This document shows positions 38,899 through 48,125 of a stretch of 64,000 nucleotides of DNA, in pieces (position 1 is the first letter of the stretch; each line of letters opens with the position of its first letter). The stretch is from Pseudomonadota bacterium. Lineage in GTDB: Archaea > Thermoplasmatota > SW-10-69-26 > JACQPN01 > JAJPHT01. The stretch spans positions 64,001 through 128,000 of the forward strand of contig JAJPHT010000036.1 of the NCBI GenBank assembly GCA_021325135.1. The letters run 5' to 3'. The translations under genes and the position numbers were made by a program. The notes under the pieces are model-generated. The model saw nothing but the letters and a program-made list of their open reading frames with translations. It did no database searches and was not told the origin of the DNA.

Positions 38899-40079
38899 AC
38901 ACGGAGCAGATGAAGGCCATCGAGCAGCGGCGCGAGTCGGGCGTCTTCCCCAAGCGGCCCTTGAGCGTCGTGCGCGGCGAGGGCGCATGGCTCTGGGACG
39001 CCGAGGGGCGGCGCTACTTGGACTTCGGCGCCAACTACGGCGTGGGCAACGTCGGCCACTGCCACCCCCGGGTGGTCCGTGCGATCCAGGAGCAGGCGGC
39101 GCGCCTCATCGCGATCCCGCAGACGTACCACAACGACCAGCGCGCGCTCTTCCAGGAGGCGCTGCTGGCCACGGCGCCCCGCGGTCTGGAACGCGTCTTC
39201 CTCGCCAACTCCGGCACCGAGGCCGTCGAGGCGGCGCTGAAGTTCGCCCGCGGCACGACGCGCCGCCCGGGCTTCGTCGCCACCAAGCGCGCCTTCCACG
39301 GGAGGACCTTCGGCGCGCTCTCGCTCACGCACAAGCCCGAGTACCGCGACCCGTTCCACCCCCTGCTATCAGACGTCGCGCACGTCGCGTTCGGCAGCGA
39401 GGAGGAGCTGAAAAGCGCGGTCACCTCGCAGACGGCCGCCGTCGTGATCGAGCCCATCCAGGGAGAAGGCGGCGTGCAGGTCCCGCCCTCGGGCTACCTG
39501 CGCGCCGCGCGCGACATCGCCCACGACGCGGGCGCCCTGCTCGTGCTCGACGAGATCCAGACCGGCTTCGCGCGCACGGGCTCCTTCTGGGCCTGCGAGC
39601 ACGAGGGCGTGACGCCTGATATCCTCTGCTTCGCCAAGAGCGTCGCCGCGGGCCTGCCCATGGGCGGCGTCCTCCTCACGGACGAGGCGGCGAAGCTCCC
39701 CACCTCCGCGCACGGCAACACCTTCGGCGGCGGGCCGCTGGCGTGCGCCGCCGGGCTCGCCGTGCTGGACGTCATCCGCGAGGAGCGCCTCGCCGAGCGC
39801 GCCGCCAAGCTGGGCCCGCGCCTGCTGGACGGGCTCGCTCGGGCCGCAGGTGACGCCGCGCGGGAGGTGCGCGGCCGCGGCCTCATGGTGGGCCTGGAGC
39901 TCCGCACCCGCAACGTGCCCGTCCTCAACGGCCTCGTCGCCGAAGGCGTGCTCACGCTGCCCACCGGCGCCACCACCATCCGCTACCTCCCGCCCCTCGT
40001 CGTGGACGAGGCGCAGGTGGACGCGGCGGTGGAGGCGACGGCGAAGGCGGTGCGCGCGGCGGGGAACGCCTCAGCGTGA
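38895..40079 (+). CDS. lysJ: LysW-aminoadipate semialdehyde transaminase (ArgD family)
   Basis: NSGTEAVEAALK, FHGRT, EPIQGEGG, DEIQTGFARTG, FAKSVAAG, HGNTFGG. Confidence 0.93.
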   Translation: MNTEQMKAIEQRRESGVFPKRPLSVVRGEGAWLWDAEGRRYLDFGANYGVGNVGHCHPRVVRAIQEQAARLIAIPQTYHNDQRALFQEALLATAPRGLERVFLANSGTEAVEAALKFARGTTRRPGFVATKRAFHGRTFGALSLTHKPEYRDPFHPLLSDVAHVAFGSEEELKSAVTSQTAAVVIEPIQGEGGVQVPPSGYLRAARDIAHDAGALLVLDEIQTGFARTGSFWACEHEGVTPDILCFAKSVAAGLPMGGVLLTDEAAKLPTSAHGNTFGGGPLACAAGLAVLDVIREERLAERAAKLGPRLLDGLARAAGDAAREVRGRGLMVGLELRTRNVPVLNGLVAEGVLTLPTGATTIRYLPPLVVDEAQVDAAVEATAKAVRAAGNASA

Positions 40080-40778
40080 AGGCACGTCGTAGGCATATGC
40101 CAAAGGTGTCAGCCGCGCCTCTTCGGCCTTCCAGCGGGGGAAGCGCCGGGAGCGGCCCCCGATGGCCCGGATCGGATCCCCCGCGCGAAGACGGATGCCG
40201 CTGACGACGAAGAGCTCCGTCTCGGGGTGGAACAAGAGGGCATGCTTCACCTCGTTCTTCGTCAGCGTCACGGTGTCGCCCTCGCCCGTCGTGCCCTTGA
40301 TCTCCACGTGGAGGACGCTGCGCCCCTTCCGAAGGAGGAGATCGTAGGATTCGCGGGCCGAGACGTCGTGGACGGTCCAACCCAGCCGCTGGTAGTAGAC
40401 CGTGGCGACGGTCATCGCCCGCTGTTCGACCGCGCGTCGGGCCGCGGCGTCGAGCCCGCGCCCGGTCCGCCGGCGCTGCGGGCGCACCACCTGTTCCAGC
40501 GTCTCCGCCTGTTCGGTCTCCTCACGCGTCGGGAGGCGATATCGGGCGTGACCGTCCCAATCCATCTGGGCCTTGCGGGTCCGGTAGAGCAGGACGCTGC
40601 GGACGTTGCGCTGCCACCGGGTGTCGTGGGCTGCGTAGCTCGCAGGCGGACGGCGGTCACCGGCGTCCAGCCTCACGCGGCTCCGAACCAGCGCATAGAT
40701 GTCTTGCAGGGAGAACCAGCGCCCGACCGGCAGGTTCGTCTGGAGGATGCGCCAGATGACGGGGAGGCGGGCTCGCAT
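40071..40778 (-). CDS. Small N-terminal wHTH-like domain fused to DUF3883-type (PD-(D/E)XK) nuclease
   Basis: AVEQRAM..YQRLGWTVHDVS..YDLL..HVEIKGT..VTLTKNEV; N-terminal WQRNVRSVL. Confidence 0.75.
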   Translation of the reverse strand: MRARLPVIWRILQTNLPVGRWFSLQDIYALVRSRVRLDAGDRRPPASYAAHDTRWQRNVRSVLLYRTRKAQMDWDGHARYRLPTREETEQAETLEQVVRPQRRRTGRGLDAAARRAVEQRAMTVATVYYQRLGWTVHDVSARESYDLLLRKGRSVLHVEIKGTTGEGDTVTLTKNEVKHALLFHPETELFVVSGIRLRAGDPIRAIGGRSRRFPRWKAEEARLTPLAYAYDVPSR

Positions 40779-40902
40779 CGGGAGCCAAACCCCGCGACCC
40801 CGGAAAAAGCCGGCTCCGCCCCGGGGGCTCACGTCCCGTGCGTGCCTTTCGGTCCGGTGCCGGATCGCCATTCTTATCCTTCCCGGGGGCGCCACGCCCG
40901 CG

Positions 40903-41481
40903 ATGCTGCCCGCCTGGACGCCCGACGCGACGGGATATCTCGTCGCCCTCTTCGCCATCGCCTCGCTGGAGGCCGTGCCGCTTTGGGGGCGCTGGGTGCC
41001 GGGCCACCTGGGCTTCGCGGCGGTGGCGTGCGTGGCGGTGGGCTTCGTGGGCGTCTCGCCGTGGCTTCTCGTGGCGGCGTGGACCGGCGCCTTCCTCTCG
41101 GACCTGGCGTTCTACGCGTGGTACCGCGTCCGGCCGGTGCGCACGCTGCGGCGCCACGGCGGGTGGTGGCGCGCGGGGCTCGACGTGGACGACCTGAGCG
41201 AGGCCCTGGAGCACGGGCCGGTGGGCGCGTTCTTCGCGGCCAAGTTCTCGACGCGCGACCGGGCGCGCCTCGCCTACGCGGCGGGCAAGGCGGACCTCCC
41301 GCCCGCCGCGTTCGTCCTCCTCTCCGCCTTCGCGTGCGCCGTCTGGACCTCCGCCTGGATCGGCCTGGGCGGGGCGCTGGGCTGGCTCGCGCGCAACCTG
41401 CCCCGCGCGTGGGCGGTGGCCCTGCTGGCGGTCGCCTTCGTGGCGCTCCTGGCGAGCCTCAGCCGGCCGCAGCCCGCGTAA
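40903..41481 (+). CDS. DedA-like membrane protein
   Basis: LEAVPLWGRWVPG, GAFLSDLAFY, HGPVGAFFAAKF, AYAAG, AVW. Confidence 0.7.
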   Translation: MLPAWTPDATGYLVALFAIASLEAVPLWGRWVPGHLGFAAVACVAVGFVGVSPWLLVAAWTGAFLSDLAFYAWYRVRPVRTLRRHGGWWRAGLDVDDLSEALEHGPVGAFFAAKFSTRDRARLAYAAGKADLPPAAFVLLSAFACAVWTSAWIGLGGALGWLARNLPRAWAVALLAVAFVALLASLSRPQPA

Positions 41482-41522
41482 GCACCAAGGGATCAAGCCC
41501 CCTCAGGGCCACGTCCAGGCCG

Positions 41523-42293
41523 ATGGAGAGGCGCGCGTTCGTCAAGGCCTGCGTCGGCGTCGCGGGCGCCGCGGCCTTGGGCAGCGCGGGCCTGGGCATG
41601 GCGCGCAGCCTCGTCGAGCCGCGCGGACCCTCGGGGATCGTCCGCTACTTCGGCGCGCACCGCGTCGGCGGCCCCGCGCCCCGCGGGCTCCCCTACCTGC
41701 CGCTGCGGCGCGACGCCGACGGGGCGCTGGCGGTGAACGCGGAGCCCTTCTCCTTCCGCGGCGCGACCTACGATCCCCTGGCGTGGTGCCGCTACTGCGG
41801 CCACCAGTCCGCGCCCGGCCTCGTCCGCGGCGCCGCGCTGGACGACCGGCTGCGCTACTGGTTCCCGCCGGACCTCGGCAAGGTGGTCCGGCCCTGGTAT
41901 GCGGACAAGCTGGGGGAGCCCGTGCGCCCGGAGGATTTCCCCGACGTGGGCTTCGGCGCGCGCGTCGTCTGGCGCACGCCGGACGGGGCCCCCGACGCGC
42001 ATCGCCTCCAGGCTCTCGTCGTCCGCGTGCCGGCCCTCAAGGACGCGCGCGACCCCGTGAAGCCCGCGAAGCCCCTCCAGGCCGGAGAGCTGGCGCTGCT
42101 CCAGGAGCGCGTCTTCCTGGGCGACCTTGTGGCCGTCTTCTCCGCGTGCACGCACTTCTGCTGCTGGGCCGGCTACAAGGAGGCGGAGGTCTTCGCGCGG
42201 CCTCGCAACGCCTGGGAGAACGCCTTCTGCACCTGCCACGACGCCAACTATGACGCGGCCGCCCCTGTGGCGTACACCTTCCTCCCGTCGTGA
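41523..42293 (+). CDS. Tat-exported Rieske [2Fe-2S] protein
   Basis: MERRAFVK Tat signal; SACTHFCC and FCTCHDANYD boxes. Confidence 0.8.
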   Translation: MERRAFVKACVGVAGAAALGSAGLGMARSLVEPRGPSGIVRYFGAHRVGGPAPRGLPYLPLRRDADGALAVNAEPFSFRGATYDPLAWCRYCGHQSAPGLVRGAALDDRLRYWFPPDLGKVVRPWYADKLGEPVRPEDFPDVGFGARVVWRTPDGAPDAHRLQALVVRVPALKDARDPVKPAKPLQAGELALLQERVFLGDLVAVFSACTHFCCWAGYKEAEVFARPRNAWENAFCTCHDANYDAAAPVAYTFLPS

Positions 42294-43372
42294 AAACGCA
42301 CAAGAGGCGGAAGCGGCTCCCTCTCGTCGTGGACGACGCCGCCGTGCTGGAGGCCCTGGTGCGCGAAGGGAGCGTGACCGGCGACACCGAGCGCGCCGTC
42401 GCGGCCTTCGTGCGCTGCGCCCGCGCGCTGGGGCTGGAGGCCCACCGCGACGCCGCGGGCAACGCCGTGGCCATCGCGGGCCGCGGATCGCGCGAGGTCC
42501 TCCTGGTCGGGCACGTCGACACGGTGGCGCCCGTGCTGCCCGTCACGCTGGAGGATGGCTGGCTCTGGGGGCGCGGCGCGGTGGACGCCAAGGGCCCCCT
42601 CGCGGCGTTCCTCTGCGCGGCGGCGCGCCTCAAGGAGAGCCCCACGCACCGCTTCGTCGTCGTGGGCGCGTGCGACGAGGAGGGGCCTTCGGAGGGCGCG
42701 CGCTTCCTCGTGGACCGGCACCGCCCCGAGGCGCTGGTCATCGGCGAGCCCTCAGGGACCAGCGGCGTGACCCTGGGCTACAAGGGTATCGTCAAGATCC
42801 GCTACGAGCTGGAGGACGACCTCCAGCACACCGGCGCGCCGCACCCCAGCGTGCCCGACCGCGGGCTCGCCTTCTGGCACGCCGTCCAGACGTTCCTCGC
42901 GCAGCAGCACGGGGAATCGATGTTCGAGATGCCCACGGTCAAGCTCAACGACTTCCAGACGGAGCTTCTCCCCTCGGGACGCGTCCGCGTGCGGCTCTCG
43001 GGCAGCGCGCGCACGCCGCCGGGCTTCGACACGCCCGCGTTCCTGGACTTCCTCCGCGAGCGCGCGGGCGCGGCCAAGCTGACCATTCCGGAGTGGGCGC
43101 CCGCGTGGCTGGGCGAGAAGAACGCGCGCCTCACGCGCGCCTTCGTGGCCGCCATCCGCGAGGAGGGGATGACGCCGCGCTACGTGCGCAAGACCGGCAC
43201 CTCGGACGCCAACCTGCTGGCACCCCTCTGGAAGTGCCCCACCGTCGCGTACGGGCCCGGTGATAGCACGCTGGACCACACGCCGCAGGAGCGCATCGAG
43301 GTCGAGGACTTCCGGCGCGGCGTGCGCGTGCTGGAGCGCGCGCTGCGGACCCTCGCTTCGGGGCCCGCGTAA
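42290..43372 (+). CDS. lysK: LysW-lysine hydrolase (M20 family)
   Basis: LLVGHVDTV, GRGAVDAKGPL, DEEG, IGEPSG, LGYKG, KTGTSDAN, YGPGDSTLDHTPQE. Confidence 0.93.
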   Translation: MKTHKRRKRLPLVVDDAAVLEALVREGSVTGDTERAVAAFVRCARALGLEAHRDAAGNAVAIAGRGSREVLLVGHVDTVAPVLPVTLEDGWLWGRGAVDAKGPLAAFLCAAARLKESPTHRFVVVGACDEEGPSEGARFLVDRHRPEALVIGEPSGTSGVTLGYKGIVKIRYELEDDLQHTGAPHPSVPDRGLAFWHAVQTFLAQQHGESMFEMPTVKLNDFQTELLPSGRVRVRLSGSARTPPGFDTPAFLDFLRERAGAAKLTIPEWAPAWLGEKNARLTRAFVAAIREEGMTPRYVRKTGTSDANLLAPLWKCPTVAYGPGDSTLDHTPQERIEVEDFRRGVRVLERALRTLASGPA

Positions 43373-43435
43373 GGGCGCGCGCCGCAGGCAACATCCTGCC
43401 AACGTCCAACCCTTCCAGGCGCATGGCACGGGTGC

Positions 43436-44035
43436 ATGACCAAAGCCATCGTCCTTCTTGGCGCTCTCCTCGTGACCTCCTGCGCGCTCGCGGGCCTCGT
43501 CGGGGCCAACTCCGTCTGCCCCGACTTCGACCAGCCGACGCACACCTACGGCGCGCCCCTCGGGCACCACCCCCACGCGGCCGCGATGCAGGGCTCCGGC
43601 ACCGGGCTGGTGAGCGTCTGGGACACCAACGTCGCGGACTGCAACGGCGACGGCATCCCCGGCGACTGGGACGGCGACCTCGACGCGGGCACGACCGGCG
43701 GCGCCTTCGGCTACCTCGGGACCTGGGAGGCCGCCTGCGGCTACGACCTCAACCTCCACTCCGGTCTCGGCACGGCCTCGGACTTCACGGGGCTCTCGGT
43801 CTCGGGCGTGCTGGGCATGGACGACATGGGGGCCTCCGGCTGCGCGCCCGACGGCGTGATCGCCCCCGCCGTGGACCCCTCCGACTGCCTGGTGCGCTTC
43901 GTCAACTCGTGGAACGCCTCGGCGTGCGTCAACAAGCTCCAGGGGAGCGGCGCCACGGAGACGGGGGCGGACGACCTCTACTGGATCCTCGTCCAGGCCC
44001 CCTCCACGGCCGGCACGCTCACGGCCAACTTCTGA
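43436..44035 (+). CDS. Secreted acidic hypothetical protein
   Basis: Signal peptide; DCNGDGIPGDWDGD Ca-binding-like motif; several Cys. Confidence 0.6.
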   Translation: MTKAIVLLGALLVTSCALAGLVGANSVCPDFDQPTHTYGAPLGHHPHAAAMQGSGTGLVSVWDTNVADCNGDGIPGDWDGDLDAGTTGGAFGYLGTWEAACGYDLNLHSGLGTASDFTGLSVSGVLGMDDMGASGCAPDGVIAPAVDPSDCLVRFVNSWNASACVNKLQGSGATETGADDLYWILVQAPSTAGTLTANF

Positions 44036-44043
44036 TCGGCCCC

Positions 44044-46149
44044 TCACGGCCCCATGACGTTGGGGGGCGCCTTGCTCGCCTGGGCGCCCGGGCGGGGGAG
44101 CCGGAACCCCACCGCGAGGGTGGGGAGCTCGGCGTCGGGCACGAAGGTCCGGAACGACTTGTACGCGTAGAGCGGCGCCGCGAGGAACACCAGCGCGTAC
44201 ATGACGATCCAGACGAGGAGGAGAGCGCGCGACGTCGTCCAGCTCGCGCCGCCCGTGACGACAAGGGCCACGCTGATGCCCGCGAGCACCAGGAAGAAGC
44301 CCGTCTCGAAGGGCGTGAGGCGCAGCGCGCGCATGAAGGAGGCCCACTTGCCGGGCCGCCCCGCGGGCGCCTTGGGCGTGCGCACGAAGGGGACCTTGAA
44401 CCCCATAGCGGCCTTCAGCGCGGCGCGCATGTGGACGAACTTGATGGCGTACCACACGCCCATGACCTTGAGCGTCCCCCACATGCTGAGGTTCATGCTG
44501 CGGCGCAGCGCCAGGTGCAGGCGCGCGAAGCCGTCCAGCAGCAGGAAGATGGGCACGAGGCCCAGGAGCGCGATCTCGTTCTGGTGGTAGACCTGGAGCG
44601 GGTGCCCGCGGACCTCGCCCAGGGCGATGGCCGCGACCGCGCCCGCGATGACGACGATGTAGACGCCGTCGAACCACTGGAGGCAGGAGATGAAGAAGTC
44701 GAACCGCTGGCGCAGCGTCATGCCGCCGGGCCCCACGAGCTTGCCCAGGTGCGCCTTGAGCACCTTCGCCCCGCCGAAGGCCCAGCGGTGGTGCTGCTTC
44801 TTGTACGCGTCGTAGGTGGGCGGGATGAGCCCCTTGCCGAACGTCTTGGGGATGAACAGGCTCCGCCAGCCCGCGTCGAGGAGACGCACGGAAAGCTCGC
44901 AGTCCTCCGTCACGTGGTTCTCGGCCCAGCCGCCCACCTGCTCCAGCGCCTCGCGGCGCACCATGCCCATGGTGCCGCAGAAGCTGATGGCGTTCGCCTC
45001 GTTGCGGCTGGGCATGATGGCGCGGTAGAAGTAGCCGTCCGCGAAGTAGTACTGACGGGTCAGGAAGCTCTGGTGGACGTTGCGGTAGTCCTGCGGCGTC
45101 TGGAGGAAGCCCAGGCGCGCGTCGATGAAGTACCCCACCGTCTCGCGCAGGTACTCGGGCTCCACGTGGTAGTCCGCGTCGATGACGCTGATGATCTCCA
45201 CGTCGGGGGGCGTGATCTTGAGCGCGTGGTTGAGCGCGCCCGCCTTGTACCCCTTGCGGTTCGCGCGGTGGACGTAGACGAAGCCGTTCTCGCGGCAGAA
45301 GCGCTCCACGGGCGCGCGGCAGCGCTCGTCGGTGCTGTCGTCGAGCACCATGACGACGTAGCGGTCCTTGGGGTAGTCCAGGTCCTTGAAGCGGGAGAGC
45401 GCGTCGAAGACGATCTCGGGCGGCTCGTTGAAGCACGCGTAGTGGAACGCCACCCGGGGAAGGTAGTGCCGGCTGAAGGGCACCTTGTCCGGCGTGCGCT
45501 CCCAGCGGCGCTTGACCACGTTGTCGAGGCCGTAGAAGGCGTGCACGACGACCATGGCGAGGCTCATGCCTTCGGCCCAGAGCAGGAAGATGCTGAACGG
45601 CAATGCCTGAAGGGGCACGCGGGGGAGCGCCACGTTGAACACGTAGCCGAAGTAGCCGGCGACGATGCTCACGAACGCGACGTAGGCGAGGACGCCGTAG
45701 AGGCGCCAGCCGAAGCGGATGACGATGAGGCCCACGACGCCGCCCAAGACCGCGGCGATGAGCTCCGCGACGGTGAGCGTGTCGAGGACGCCCCAGTAGT
45801 CCATGGCGTAGAAGCCCCCCGCCGCGCCCGTGGGGTGGCCCGCCGCGAGGTAGCCCAGGGCGTAGAGGATGAAGCCCGCCGCGGCGCCGACGCCCGCGCC
45901 CATGAGGTCGCGCGCGAGGTCGCGCCAGCGCAGGAGGCCCGCGGCGCGGCTCGCGAGGAGGAGCGAGACGAGCGCGGCCCCCAGCACCATGGCCTGGCGC
46001 GCCGTGGTCCAGGGCCAGTGGAGCGCGCGGGGGAGGGTGTGCGCAGTCTTCGTGGCGAGGAGGAAGGCCGAGTGCATGGCGAGGCCCAGAAGGGCCCCCG
46101 CGGTGCCGGCGAGCAGGATGGCCGCGAGGCCCAGGAGGCGCCGCTTCAC
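44044..46149 (-). CDS. Processive GT2 polysaccharide synthase (cellulose synthase/NdvC-like), multi-TM
   Basis: FNEP, LDDSTD, YKAGALN, IDADY, FLQTPQDY, FCGT, TED, QHHRW; TM helices on both sides. Confidence 0.88.
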   Translation of the reverse strand: MKRRLLGLAAILLAGTAGALLGLAMHSAFLLATKTAHTLPRALHWPWTTARQAMVLGAALVSLLLASRAAGLLRWRDLARDLMGAGVGAAAGFILYALGYLAAGHPTGAAGGFYAMDYWGVLDTLTVAELIAAVLGGVVGLIVIRFGWRLYGVLAYVAFVSIVAGYFGYVFNVALPRVPLQALPFSIFLLWAEGMSLAMVVVHAFYGLDNVVKRRWERTPDKVPFSRHYLPRVAFHYACFNEPPEIVFDALSRFKDLDYPKDRYVVMVLDDSTDERCRAPVERFCRENGFVYVHRANRKGYKAGALNHALKITPPDVEIISVIDADYHVEPEYLRETVGYFIDARLGFLQTPQDYRNVHQSFLTRQYYFADGYFYRAIMPSRNEANAISFCGTMGMVRREALEQVGGWAENHVTEDCELSVRLLDAGWRSLFIPKTFGKGLIPPTYDAYKKQHHRWAFGGAKVLKAHLGKLVGPGGMTLRQRFDFFISCLQWFDGVYIVVIAGAVAAIALGEVRGHPLQVYHQNEIALLGLVPIFLLLDGFARLHLALRRSMNLSMWGTLKVMGVWYAIKFVHMRAALKAAMGFKVPFVRTPKAPAGRPGKWASFMRALRLTPFETGFFLVLAGISVALVVTGGASWTTSRALLLVWIVMYALVFLAAPLYAYKSFRTFVPDAELPTLAVGFRLPRPGAQASKAPPNVMGP

Positions 46150-46823
46150 GCCCGCGCCACCGTCCTGTCGCGCGTCTTTCTCGGGGCGCGGATGCGCAGG
46201 AGCGGCGCGTGGCGCACCTCGAACTCGCAGCAGGGCGCGCCGCGCGCGCGGCAGGCGATCTCCTCCACCTTCGCGAGGTCGCCTGTCAGGCGCTCGAAGG
46301 CGCCCGCAAGGAGCCCGCGCTCGTGCTCGCACCCCACGGGCGCGCGCGCCATCGCGCACGTCGCGCAGCGGTAGAGCCGCACCACCTTGCGCGTCGCGCG
46401 GCTCTGCACGATGCGCGCGTCGACGCCCAGCGCGGCCAGCTCCTCGAACGCCTCGTCGAGGCCGATGGCGGACTCGTGGCCAAGGCGCCGCGCCGCGTCG
46501 AAGGGCACCGGCGCGGCGGTCGCCGCCACCTTGGCCGGAGGGCGCTCGTCGGGCAGCCGGGCGCGGGGGAGGGGCCGCCGCGCGTTGGCGACGGCCGCGA
46601 GGTCCCCCACGATGGTGCTGCGGAAGAGGGACGCCGTGAAGAGGAAGGCGAGCACCAGCAGGCCGCCCGCCATGAGCAGCACGCTGCCCCGCGCGCCCGT
46701 GGGCGCCGCGTAGCGATGCAGGAAGTCCAGGAGGGCGCGCAGCCCGTCACGGACGAAGGACCCGTCGCCGAGGACCACAGGCGCACCCGCCACCACCGTT
46801 CGGCAGCGCGGGAAAAAGCCCAT
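46146..46823 (-). CDS. Membrane-anchored V4R domain protein (start uncertain)
   Basis: One TM, then CATC..CEHERGLLAGAF..VEEIACRARGAPCCEFEV. Confidence 0.8.
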   Translation of the reverse strand: MGFFPRCRTVVAGAPVVLGDGSFVRDGLRALLDFLHRYAAPTGARGSVLLMAGGLLVLAFLFTASLFRSTIVGDLAAVANARRPLPRARLPDERPPAKVAATAAPVPFDAARRLGHESAIGLDEAFEELAALGVDARIVQSRATRKVVRLYRCATCAMARAPVGCEHERGLLAGAFERLTGDLAKVEEIACRARGAPCCEFEVRHAPLLRIRAPRKTRDRTVARA

Positions 46824-46832
46824 GGGTACGCC

Positions 46833-47381
46833 TCACGAAGGGATCTCCTCGGGCGCGGCCAGAAGCACGTCGCGCACGAACCGGTCGACCTCCGGGTCCG
46901 CGAAGCTCTCGCGGTAGTAGATCAGCTCGTGCCGCAGGAGCGCCGGGTCCGCCAGGCGGTAGACGTGGGAGGCGCCCGCCCGCTCCCGCTCCAGGACCCC
47001 CGTCGCGAGGAGGCGCTGAAGGTGGAAGGAGAGCGTCGAGCCCGCGACGCCCGCCAGGGTCTGAAGCTCCTTGTGCGTCTGCCCCGGGCGCTCCAGGAGC
47101 GCCACCGCGATGCGGCGCGGCACGTCGTGGCGCAGCGCGCCCAGGAGCTTCTTCTCCCTCCGGTCGACGTCGCGCGCCACGAAGTAGCGCCGGAAGCCCC
47201 AGTCGCGCGTCGAGACGAGAAGGCCCATCCGCTCCAGGCGGTCCAGATGGTAGAGCACCTGCCCGAGGGGGAGGCCCGTCATCCGCTCGATGCCCCGCAG
47301 GTGGGCGCCCGGCACGCGGGCGACGCACTGGAAGATGTCCAGACGAGGGCCCTGGGTCATCTGGGGTTCAAGGGACCGCAT
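46833..47381 (-). CDS. Tandem winged-helix transcriptional regulator (archaeal type)
   Basis: PGAHLRGIERMTGLPLGQVLYHLDRLE..RRYF; second HTH PGQTHKEL..STLSFHLQRL. Confidence 0.85.
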   Translation of the reverse strand: MRSLEPQMTQGPRLDIFQCVARVPGAHLRGIERMTGLPLGQVLYHLDRLERMGLLVSTRDWGFRRYFVARDVDRREKKLLGALRHDVPRRIAVALLERPGQTHKELQTLAGVAGSTLSFHLQRLLATGVLERERAGASHVYRLADPALLRHELIYYRESFADPEVDRFVRDVLLAAPEEIPS

Positions 47382-47517
47382 GGGGCCCGTTTTGTTCGAC
47401 CATTGTTAACCGTGCGTCGCCCGAACGGCAGGAAGCACGGCTGAAGGGCCAGGCCGGAGCGCCGGTCAGGCAGATGGGCGCTGGCCTTAGTAAGCAGACC
47501 CACCAAGGGCGTCGCAT

Positions 47518-47922
47518 ATGGGCGACAACCGCTACCTGCACGCCCTGGACGATCTCCGCGCAGCCTCCGACCCCTCGGCGCACCTCTCGCGCATGGGCGA
47601 GGCAGCGGTCATCCAGGCCCTGGGCGCGGCCAGCGCGACGGGCGACGCCTACCTGGGCAACGTCCTGGCCACGGAGCTGCTCAACCGCGTGGGCTACACG
47701 CTCGCGCGGGGCATGAGCCTCAGCCTCCTCGTGGCGGGCGCCTTCTCGATCCTCTGCGCGCTCATCGCCGGGCTCGCGCCGCAGGTCGCGTGGCCGACGT
47801 GGGTCCTGTTCAGCCTCATGGGCGTCGGCCTCCTCTTCGGCGGCGCGATCCTGTGGGTGGCGCGCGTGGCGGTGCACCGGGCCCGCGTGGGCTACTTCGA
47901 GCGCGCGCTGCGCGCCCATTGA
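47518..47922 (+). CDS. Hypothetical two-TM protein
   Basis: Two hydrophobic segments; AT-rich ccttagtaag about 30 nt upstream. Confidence 0.6.
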   Translation: MGDNRYLHALDDLRAASDPSAHLSRMGEAAVIQALGAASATGDAYLGNVLATELLNRVGYTLARGMSLSLLVAGAFSILCALIAGLAPQVAWPTWVLFSLMGVGLLFGGAILWVARVAVHRARVGYFERALRAH

Positions 47923-47927
47923 GCGAA

Positions 47928-47999
47928 AGCAGGGAGAGGGGATCGAACCCTCGATCTTCAGATCTGCAGTCTGACGCCTAACCGCTCGGCCATCCCTGC
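47928..47999 (-). tRNA. tRNA-Cys(GCA), no encoded CCA
   Basis: GCAGGGA/TCCCTGC acceptor stem, TCAGA-CTGCAGA-TCTGA anticodon arm, GAGGG-TTCGATC-CCCTC T arm, U73. Confidence 0.95.
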
Positions 48000-48125
48000 G
48001 AGGTGGGCTCAGGCGCGGACGCCATGAAGCGTATTTCACCTTTTTGGGCCTCCAGCGGGCCAGGTCCCCAGGGGCGGAGGCCCGTTGGCGGACCCGCTTT
48101 GCCTCCCGGGGGCCCAGGGTCGCGC

